From Octopus sinensis (Eukaryota): a stretch of 64,000 nt of DNA. Positions 1 to 10,324 of the stretch are shown piece after piece. Location: positions 43,834,001-43,898,000 of the forward strand of contig NC_043015.1 of assembly GCF_006345805.1 (NCBI RefSeq), written 5' to 3'. The notes under the pieces were generated by a model, which was not told the origin of the DNA, did no database searches, and was given only the letters and a program-made list of their open reading frames with translations. How positions within the stretch are numbered: position 1 is the first letter of the stretch; each line of letters begins with the position of its first letter. The position numbers and the translations under genes were made by a program.

Positions 1-696
1 CAACAAAAGCAGCACGTGGCAGAGAATTTACCGCTTAATAGTCGTTAATACGCTGGATAGAAATGCGTTAATTTTTCACGTCTACTGTCGTGTTTCGTTA
101 ATGACTAAATTGCCATCATTCTATTATCAAGGGGGAAATTTGTGTACCACTACATTTATTCTAAGTACAATAGATACCGACATCTCAATTTGCCCTCGTA
201 TTCTTTTGAAGAGTATATTAGTTTATAGGAAATCTAATGAGCAAATAATTATCTGAATAATAAATGCATTTTTTTTATATTTTGAGTTGTCAAAGTTACT
301 AACTCTCACTTGGTAAGTGGTCTGCGTAATTTGACGCGAGAAATTTGTGAGTTTATTATCAAAGTATAAAACTGCATTTGAATGAATTCTTGGGCTAGAA
401 TTTACAAGCTCAGAGACGTAGAGATATTTACTCCGAAGACCTATTAAGTCTTCTTATGAACTACCTGACTAAGTATACATATTTTGTGTTCTTCATACCC
501 TCAAGAATATTTTCTAATCTTATTTTTTATAAATCAGTCATTCCAATTTGCTTAAATCTTTAGTAGTATTGGTTTTATAGACTACGTTCCCGCAGGCTTT
601 TAAAAGACCGTATTTGGTAGCTAAAGAAGTACCAACACGGGAATGAAACTATTCCAGTTGATACTTTTTCTCTATCCATGATGATATTGTAGATAA

Positions 697-737
<41 letters not shown>

Positions 738-1079
738 CACACATTTTTAAAGAGATTTGTTGTGTAAGGCCGGGACAATGCGAGAAGTTGCAAAGTACAA
801 AGGAAAAGAAAATAACGATGCGGTTTTAACTTGTAACGCACCAGTACTATTTAATAATCGCGGCGGTTGAGAACCGAAATTGCTTTGACTGACGATGCAA
901 CACCTTATATACACCCCTGACATTATACATGTCACAATGTCAGAACGAATGCATTTCCAGCATGTTTTAAAAGTTGTGGCGATTACCTTATAACAAATAC
1001 GATGTCAATAAACGTCTGTATTTTATTTCAAGATGCAATAAACTGTTCTTTTGTAAAATACTTTATATACATGTTTTTG

Positions 1080-1523
1080 GGATCTTTCCAGTTTGAACGG
1101 CAGTTTTTAACATAATTTCTAGGTAACTAAAAAATTTTAATCGTCATATACTGGTAGAATGTGTTTATAAAACATCTTTTTCTCTTAGCTTTATTGAGAA
1201 AATTCTATGTTTTGTAAGATATTTGTTGTTATTTTTTTTCTTCAATTTCTGCAATTTCAGCCAATCACTGACGTCCATTGAGGTAAAAAAAACATTCTGT
1301 GCCGTATGAATATGTCCCTCGTTTAAGAAACAGATTGGGTTTATTTACATTTGTGAAGAAAAAAAGATACCCTTCCCCCCACCCCTAACCTTAACCCTAA
1401 CCCTAACTAACCCTAACCCTAAAACAGATTGAAATGCAATAGACCGATACTAGGGTCATACTTATGGGTGACAATTTCATATGACACCGCTAGAAAAATC
1501 TGCCGTTCAAACCGAAAAGATCC
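1080..1523. mobile_element. MITE / non-autonomous DNA transposon with ~30-bp TIRs and an 8-bp TSD
   Basis: Left end GGATCTTTCCAGTTTGAACGGCAG; right end CTGCCGTTCAAACCGAAAAGATCC. Flanks are tgtttttg and tgttttta (7/8 match). Internal (TAACCC)n-like tract at about 1383-1421. Confidence 0.75.
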
Positions 1524-2303
1524 TGTTTTTATTTTTAAACAAACACCATCAATCGCTTTTCTTTCATCAACAGCTAAATAAACAGGTTCGTGAGTAAAGT
1601 GTTAATACATATATATATGTGTGTTTATAATGCTACGATTACGGCAATTTGGAATTAATCATAGGTTTCGTCTCTTAAATATCTTAATCTCTTTAAAAGT
1701 TTTCTCTTTGATTTCCTGTGATTAATTTGCCCGTCGTTAAATTCAGGTCACTTACCCAATAAGAACCAGTGAAAAACGAATGTCTTATTTTAGTTATCTT
1801 TTGTAATTCTTCGTTCTTTTGACTTTTCAATATTTTTTCTGTTAATTTTTTATTCCTTTTCTTTTTGCGAAAAAAAAGACAAAAACAAATATATAAAAAA
1901 AAACAAGTACTTTTAATTGAACACTCGAATATGTTTTGCTTTTCTCTACAGGTCTCTCGAAGATATTTCGCGAAATATTGATTAATGCTAAATAGACAGG
2001 CAGGTGCCGACATCTTCTCATTAACACTTGAAGTTATCCCAGTTTATCACTGGTATTTATTTCATCGACGCCAAAGGGATAGACAGCGAGAAGTTATTTG
2101 ACTGGATTCAAAAAGAGGACTTAGAAATATAACCAATATTACCTTTTATAAACCAATTCACGAGCTTATATCACCTCTTTAAGGATTGAAATCTCTCCAG
2201 TTAAACACTAGCTTTCATTTTATCGACTCCAGAGGGATAAAGGACTAAGAATTTAGTCGAAAGGGTGCAAATTTGGAGATATTAAATTATTGCAAACCAA
2301 GAG

Positions 2304-2434
2304 GGCGGTGAGCTGGCAGAAACGTTAGCGCGCCGGGCAAAATGCGTAGCCGTATTTCGTCTGCCGTTAGGTTCTGAGTTCAAATTCCGACCAGGTCGAC
2401 TTTGCCGTTCATCCTTTCGGGGTCGATAAATTAA

Positions 2435-2436
<2 letters not shown>
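2304..2436 (+). mobile_element. tRNA-derived SINE family A (head GGCGGYGAGCTGGCAGAA), partial
   Basis: A-box-like head and B-box GAGTTCAAATTCC. Many homologous copies occur in the window. Confidence 0.8.
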
Positions 2437-2479
<43 letters not shown>

Positions 2480-3051
2480 AAGTAAAGTAACTCCGTACAA
2501 ACGTTCCAAGAATCAAAGAATTTCATTTGCACGAATTTGTTTTGAGTGAGTAAAGTGTTACAAACCACTGACCCGATTCTCCAGTTTTAAAACATGATGT
2601 CAAAACAAAGGTTGAAACGACCAGAAACCAACAGCTCTTCAGATTTTTCTTGACATGAGTTTAACTTCTTGTAGGAAGAATTTCTAACATGAACTAAAGA
2701 TCCTTCACATTCAGTGGCTTATATACTAGTTAACCCATTCTTGGGACGATTACATGCGCTACTGTTCCGGTTCAGAGTAGTCCTGGAAACAATAGTGGCT
2801 AAGATGTGATCCCACACTCCTCAAAGCCCTGGGAGTCGCGAACTTGGGCGCCCCTACTGGACGCAGTTTATACTCATACACGCGTATATTCATATTTAGG
2901 AACCAAATTTTGAACGGCTGCTGTCATAGATTGTTTATAGAAATTATCATCGGTTTGTAAGTTCTCTAGAATAATAAACACGCACAGATAAATGGTTAAA
3001 ATTTATTCAGCTTTTGCTTAACTTTCCCCGTTTCGTTTTATATAAATATGT

Positions 3052-3088
<37 letters not shown>

Positions 3089-3314
3089 TATATATATATA
3101 TATATATATCGAACGATGGAAAATTTGCAATATATATATATATATATTAATTAGAGATAAAAACCACTATTAGGCAAATCAAACAGTGAAAATATAAACC
3201 AAAACATAGAAATAAAATTAATTAATATAATATACAAAATATATAAAATTCAAAATTTAATTATTTAAATTTAAAGCTAAAATTTAAAAAAATTAAAAAA
3301 GTTTGGATTTACTC

Positions 3315-3367
<53 letters not shown>

Positions 3368-5646
3368 TGTGTGTGTGTGTGGTGTGTGTGTGTGTGAGTG
3401 TGTGTTGTGTGTGTGTATACATTTAAATTTATATATATTTTTCTTAGTTTTATTAGAAAAATAAATTTTATGACCTATCAAGATATCATACATATTCAAT
3501 TGCTGAACAAGACGTGATTTGCAACCATTAAATAAAATAAAAGAAATTTCTATTAAAATATAAATAAATTGTTGAATCAATAATTTTGTTTTATAGAAAA
3601 AGATGATAAACTAGAATAATAATAACAGGTTTACACAAATCTTTCAATATTTCTTGATAAACTCACTCTAAATTACAAGACGTATTTAATGGGTTGTATC
3701 ACAATAATAAAGCTGAGATGCTTGCATTTAAATTATTTCTTATTGGACAGGGCAAGGAAATGTAATTCTTGTAAGAAGTCTTATGTAATGGTAATCGAAA
3801 AAAGAAAAAAATAACGAAAAATGGAAAATGAAAAACGAATAACGAAACTTATTTTATGAAACGCAATTTTTAGTGTTTCCTTTAATCCTTATTTTTTTAT
3901 CTCTAAATATTGCTTCTAATTAAGGTACAAAGGTAGTAGTTTTGAGAAAAAGAGTTAATCGATAGCAACGGAGTCAGTGGTTGACTGGTATTACATTTTC
4001 TCGACCCTGAAAGGAGTGATTTTTGTCAGAGACTTACGAAGCAGGTACACGTGTTTGTGGAATGATCTGCTACTTTCGCGGTAATTCAAGAGTAGGGAAT
4101 TCAGTCGTAAGAACAATTGGGTCCCCATCGGCAAAAGAAGGAAAAAACCATCAATCCATCCATCCATCCATCCATCCGTTCATTCATCCATCTAACCATC
4201 AATCCATCCATTCTTTCGTCCGTCCACCCATCCATCCGGTCGTCCATCCATCCAACCAACCATCCATCCATCCATATCCATCCATCCATCCATCCATCCT
4301 GATCAACATTCATTTTAATTTTAGTCTTTGAATTACCAAAAACTAATATATCGTGTATCAATTTAATTCTAACAAGAGCAGAATTTGTGAACGAAAGTTT
4401 TTTGATTTATGACTAAAGAACGAGTTTGATGTTAACAAATCTTTAGTCCCCATGTACGATTCGCAATCTTACTAACAATCAGCAGTAATTCTTTCAGTTG
4501 AAAATACCACGCATCAATATTACTGAAGCGAGAGGTTGATTTTTCCTTTCACTAAATTCAAACAAAATATTTACCGAATACAACCAGGTAAGGATTTTAT
4601 TAATAACAATTGCAAATATTTTTTAGACTGTTAGGTGAACTACAATCGAGTATTTCGCTGCTTCCACACATCCAGACGCTGATTGATAATACCGCCACTG
4701 TTTACAGAAAGAAATACATTTTTATGTCTATATGAATGAATAACAATCGATGCATCTTAACTAAACCTAACCTACCATAAACTATATTAGATTCGGTAAG
4801 GTTAGACGTGGTTAACGTGGGTTAGATAAGGTTGCATTAGTGCTTGTATGAAAAGATACACGCACATTAAAATCCACTGGAAATAGCCTGCCGACAGACA
4901 TTACGTCTCTCGACAGATATAATGGCGGACATTATGTCTCCCACTAGCCTTTTGGTGGCACACACACATACACACACATTTATATAATCAGGAGAGATTT
5001 CTTTCGTTGTTATATAGATAGAGGAATATATATATTTTTGTTGGGTAATATTGAAGAAAAAAAACCAATTGTATAACGAATATGAATGTTTTAGTTTAAA
5101 GAATTTTTTTCATAAGAAAACGTTCGTTTAAAATTCGACATGAGATTGGTGCTGTTGTATTTAATTCGTTGCCCAATTCAGTTTCAAAAATGTGGTATAT
5201 TATATCTATTTGAGATTCTGATTTATTTTAGTGAAAAAAAAATAAGCTTCTTAGCTACAGTAATAATGCTACATTCACTTTCATGCTTCTGGGGTCGTTA
5301 AATACGTACCAGTTAAGTACTGGGGTCGATGTAGTCGACGTAATCAACTTTACTCCAGGATATGCCAAGCCAGTATGGCATAGTAGGCTCATAAAACAAA
5401 GGTAATGTCAAACTCAATTCATGGCCCCCACATCGGGCCGTGGTTGATGCAGAGAACATTCCGTGGCCCTCGTCCTGCAGTAGACATTTCAGATTTAAAT
5501 TCAATTTATTCTTTACACTTTTAAACTTTTACTGGTTTCAGTCATTTTGACTGTGGCCATACTGGAGCACCGCTTCTAGTCGAGCAAATCGACCCCAGGA
5601 CTTATTCTTTGTAAGCCCAGAACCAATCCAATATTTTTTTTTTTTT

Positions 5647-5868
5647 GCTACCCACAACGGGCGAAATACAGAGAGGACAAACTAGGACATACAAACGGAT
5701 TAAGTCAATAACATCGACACCAGCGCGTAACTGGTACTTATTTAATCGAGCCCGAAAGGATGAAAGGCAAAGTCGACCTCGGCGGAATTTGAACTCTGAA
5801 CGTAACGGCAGACGAAATACGGCTACGCATTTCGCCCGGTGTGCTAACGTTTCTGCCAGCTCGCCGCC
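5647..5868 (-). mobile_element. SINE family A
   Basis: Reverse complement of the family A head, B box and tail. Confidence 0.8.
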
Positions 5869-5929
5869 TTGATCCAATCCAATAAGTCACCATTGATTTC
5901 TAAACCTTTATATAATCTTAATTAGAGCA

Positions 5930-6305
5930 GGAGGCGCAATGGCCCAGTGGTTAGGGCAGCGGACTCGCGGTCGTAGGATCGCGGTTTCGATTCCCAGATC
6001 GGGCGTTGTGTGTGTTTATTGAGCGAAAACACCTAAAGCTCCACGAGGCTCCGGCAGGGATGGTGGTGATCCCTGCTGTACTCTTTCACCACAACTTTCT
6101 CTCACTCTTACTTCCTGTTTCTGTTGTACCTGTATTTCAAAGGGCCGGCCTTGTCACTCTCTGTGTCACGCTGAATATCCCCGAGAACTACGTTAAGGGT
6201 AGTGGAGTGCTCAGCCACTTACACGTTAATTTCACGAGCAGGCTGTTCCGTTGATTCGGATCAACCGGAACCCTCGTCGTCGTAACCGACGGAGTGCTTC
6301 CATCC
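5930..6305 (+). mobile_element. tRNA-derived SINE family C, full length with a 10-bp TSD
   Basis: Head GGAGGCGCAATGGCCCAGTGGTTAG...GTTTCGATTCCC. TSD AATTAGAGCA at 5920-5929 and 6306-6315. Confidence 0.88.
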
Positions 6306-7394
6306 AATTAGAGCACCTCCCCCCAACAATGAGGAAGTAGAGTATTGTTATGACAAACTGCATAACAGTGGAGGGAAGATTAGTTTATTCCGTTTAAGGG
6401 GAAGGGCTCTAAAGCGGTATGTATGTTTTGCATGCGTGTGTACTACGAAATTTTAAGTGAATGAGCCCAAACTGATAATGAGAAGTCTGGAGAGTAAAGG
6501 AAGCTTGTGAAGTCCTTTGCAAACTTAAGTCTAATATTTAAAATATTTACGAAGATTATTTAAATTCCAGACGTCGAGAAAATTGAAAATATATCTCAGG
6601 CACAAAATATCACTGCAGCGTTCAAATCTTAGAAAAGCAGTTTCAGCAGATAATAAATTACGGTAAACAGGTTTAACTGGAAGGGAGTAAATTTAATCGA
6701 ATAAAATGGCTGAGCTTACGCAATGCTGTTATTTGTTCAGGTGTTGCGTAAGGCGTTAATTTAGTTGTCGAATCAACTGCGATAAGAACCACAAAATTAA
6801 TGTGCTTCTTTTGAATGCATTTTTCTATAGGCTCTAAAGAAGGCAGAATCCATTTATGGTTAATTCTTACTTCGCCTAAAGCAGTCAATCATTTTCACAA
6901 GGCGCTTGAACATTTTTTGTTAATTGCATAACATGGATATCATTAATTGCTTTGAACTTGAAACAAATGGATCAAATAATTATTAGATAGCTACAAAATT
7001 TAGGGTTTTCCAGATTTCAGATATTACACCTGCGAAATGGTGTAACTACAGTCCGACTTTACGTTGCCAAAAGGCGTTCGTTTGTTTGCCGTTTAATTTA
7101 GCTTCTCTGAAATCAGGAATTGTAAATTGGCTTAGCGTAAACACCGTTCATCGAGGTGATTACACGCAAAATTATTCAGTACGTATTCATGGAAAGACAT
7201 GCTACCGAGGATTTGTCATCTTAGGCACGTCTCTTTGTTTGGTTGGAGGAAATCTATTTACAGAGAATTTTTAAATAAAGGAAGGATCTCGAAGCTTATC
7301 TCAAGTTAATGGTTTAGAATACAAACAATTACATGGCGGGTAATCTAAATGATATACTTCAATGCAAATCTAACATTTGTCTTAATTCAGCTTA

Positions 7395-7526
7395 CCAAGG
7401 CATTGCGGTAGTTGTGTGGTAAAAAGCACCTTTGGGACTCGTCTTCTCTATAGCATTGGGTTGACCAAAGCCTTGTGAGTGATCTTGGCAGATGGGAACT
7501 GAAAGACGCTCATTGCATGTGAGTGT

Positions 7527-7565
<39 letters not shown>

Positions 7566-8035
7566 TTTGTGTGTGTATGTGTATGTGTGCACCTTTGTGT
7601 TTGCTGCCACCGCTACTTGACAATCGATATTGTTTTGTTTACATCCTGGTAACAGCTGCTCGGCAAAAGAACACCGATGAAGTAAGTACGAAGCTTAAAA
7701 GATAAAGGCGGCGAGCTGGCAGAAAAGTCAGCACGCTGTGCCAAATGCGTAGTCGTATTTCGTCTTCCGTTACGTTTTGAGTTCAAATTCCGCAGAGGTC
7801 GACTTTGCCTTTCATCCTTTCGAGGTCGATAAATTAAGTACTAGTTACGCACCGGAGTCGTTGCAATCGACTTAATCCTTTTGGCTGTCCTTGTTCGTCC
7901 CCTCTATGTTTAGTCCTTTGTGGGCAATAAAGAAATAAAAAAAAAGAAAATAAGCATTGGGTTCGCTATCTTTAACTAAGCCCTTTAAGGCGGTGCCCCA
8001 GCATGGCCTCAGTTCGTGACTGAAACAAGGAAAAC
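7395..8035 (+). mobile_element. SINE family B with a family A SINE nested at 7707-7938
   Basis: The family B body (ccaaagccttgtgagt...ggaactgaaaga) and tail (ggcggtgccccagcatggcc...tgactgaaacaag) are separated by a family A copy. Confidence 0.75.
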
Positions 8036-8941
8036 ATTAAAAAGATATCTTAAATTCCGAATCTGTTTACACAGCTTGCGTTAAATTCTCATTACGTTTT
8101 TAATCCTGACAGACAGCGTTAACGTGACAGATTTCAATCTAACTCAAGAAATGAGAATTATGGCACTAGCTGCTAATTACTGTGGCTAGGTAATCTTTCT
8201 TCCTTCATCTCTGTATTTCCTTCATTCGTGCATTCTCGATCCACGCATCTATTTACTTCTCATCACGCTTCAACTAAAAACAAATCTGAATCTCTCCGAC
8301 CCTCTGGAAATTCCTTCTCGAAATGCAGACGACCCGGCAAGTGAAAGAAACGAACAAACAAACAGGCACAGTTGTGGCTGTCAGGTAAGATGTTTGCTTC
8401 CCCAGCACATGCTTCAGGGTTCAGTCCCACTGTGTGGCACCTTATGTAAGTGGCTTCTACTATACGTGTATGTGTGTGTGCTCGTCGCCCCACAGATGGC
8501 AGCCGGTGTTGCTGTGTTTACATCCCCGTGACTTAGCGATTCAGCAAAAGACTCTGATAGAATATGTACCAGGCTTAAAAATAAAGACCGGAGTCGATTC
8601 GTTCGCCTAAGATCTTCTAGGTGCTGCTCAAGCATGACCGCAGTCTAATCACTGAAAAAAATTGAAGTATAAACAAAAAAAAAAAAAATGCTGCAGCAAA
8701 AGCAAAACGAAAGTAACATTAGAAAGCAAAACCAAAAAAATAAACCAAACTTCAAGAACGTTAGATTTGTGTTTTTACAATTATTTAATACTTTCATTAT
8801 AAAATATGATAACCTGATTAGAATCTAATTATATAATAATAGATATTTAACGACTGATTGAACAAAACGGTACGTTATATAATAAATAAGCCATTTTACA
8901 AATGGATGAATAATATATATCATTGATTAACATCGACCAGT

Positions 8942-9376
8942 TCAGGCATCTTCAGAACACGATACAATGGTGACCTTGACGTTATCTGAACTGGAGTTGC
9001 TGTGGTCCAGTTTTTCCTCGCTGTTTTTGTTGTGATGTCGACGATTCTGATTAAATGAGGTAGACCTTGTTGTGAATGACACGGTAGATCTTCTAATTGA
9101 TCGTTCGCGACCGTTCGTTGGTCGTAGACTTCTGTTGCACAAGTTACGGAATATATGCTTGAATGACTCGCGGAAGTTCCTAGACAGAAATGAATAGACG
9201 ACTGGGTTGATGCAGCTGTTGAAGTAAGACATGAGATGGAAGGCCATGCGAACGGGTTTCGTGTGACCGTAGTGGAGGACGGGTAGGATTTCGAAACCGA
9301 CCAAAACGTTGTTGATAAGAATTGGTGCCCAGCACAGAACAAACAGCAGGACAACAATCGCCAACATCTTCAGAAC
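8942..9376 (-). CDS. Class A GPCR, terminal coding exon (TM6-TM7-C tail)
   Basis: Acceptor tttcctcag|, phase 0. Encodes VLKMLAIVVLLFVLCWAPILINNVL...AFHLMSYFNSCINPVVYSFLSRNFRESF...SCSEDA*, with CWxP, NPxxY and helix 8. Receptor subfamily is not assigned. Confidence 0.95.
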   Translation of the reverse strand, partial: VLKMLAIVVLLFVLCWAPILINNVLVGFEILPVLHYGHTKPVRMAFHLMSYFNSCINPVVYSFLSRNFRESFKHIFRNLCNRSLRPTNGRERSIRRSTVSFTTRSTSFNQNRRHHNKNSEEKLDHSNSSSDNVKVTIVSCSEDA

Positions 9377-9439
9377 CTGAGGAAATAAACAAGAAACATT
9401 TACATGTCATAGTAACATTTCGTATTGAAATTTAACTTA

Positions 9440-9732
9440 TTTTCTTTACTCTTTTACTCTTTTACTTGTTTCAGTCATTATGACTGTGGCCGTGGTGGAG
9501 CACCGCCTTTAGTCGAACAAATTGACCCCGGGACTTATCCTTTGGTAAGCCCAGTACTTATTCTATCGGGTTCTTTTTGCCGAGCCACTAGGTTACGGGG
9601 ACGTAAACACACCAGCATCGGTTGTCAAGCGATGTAGGGAGAGACAAACATAGCCACACAAACATATACATACATACACACACACATATAATATATATAT
9701 ATATATACACATATCTATCTATCTATCTATCT

Positions 9733-9785
<53 letters not shown>

Positions 9786-10022
9786 ATATATATATATATA
9801 TATATATATTAATATATATATATATATACATACACATATATATGACGGGCGTCTTTCAGTTTCCGTCTACCAAATCCACTCACAAGGCTTGGTCAGCCCG
9901 AGGCTATGGTAGAAGACACTTGCCCATGTTGCCATGCAGTGGAACTGAACCCGGAACCATGTGGTTGGTAAGCAAGCTACTTACCACACAGCCACTCCTA
10001 CGCTTATAAGCCATTCCTACGC
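9440..10022 (-). mobile_element. SINE family B (head GGAGTGGCTGTGTGGTAAG, internal microsatellite)
   Basis: tRNA-like head, ccttgggcaag-type core and an internal AT/TATC tract. Homologs at 20140-20585, 22340-22675 and 47985-48345. Confidence 0.8.
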
Positions 10023-10170
10023 CTATAAGCCACTCCTACGCCTAATTTGCCAATCATAATCCGATGAAAATATTTGATCAAAATATAAATATATTTGTGT
10101 ATAATCTCGAGATAAATAATATCTTAACAAAATATTTCTGCTATATATATATATATTTATTGCACATACA

Positions 10171-10242
<72 letters not shown>

Positions 10243-10324
10243 GTAAGGAAAAATCTTTTTTAAAATGCAGAATGCTCAAATGAAAGAAAATTTTAATAAA
10301 ATGAGAAAAATTAAAATATATAAT

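Noticed and set aside
1383-1421. (TAACCC)n as a telomere or chromosome-fusion relic
   Set aside because: Short, degenerate and internal to a TIR element.
1963-1978. 16-bp palindrome ATATTTCGCGAAATAT, and the AT-rich hairpin at about 21727-21756
   Set aside because: Short or AT-rich enough to arise by chance in 64 kb, with no supporting context.
4770-4950. Possible non-autonomous Helitron end (GGTTAG-like repeats, terminal CTAG)
   Set aside because: No clear subterminal hairpin or 5' TC end; too weak to call.
5930-6000. tRNA-like A/B boxes here and in the other SINE heads
   Set aside because: No complete cloverleaf or acceptor stem, and each is followed by SINE body sequence; not tRNA genes.
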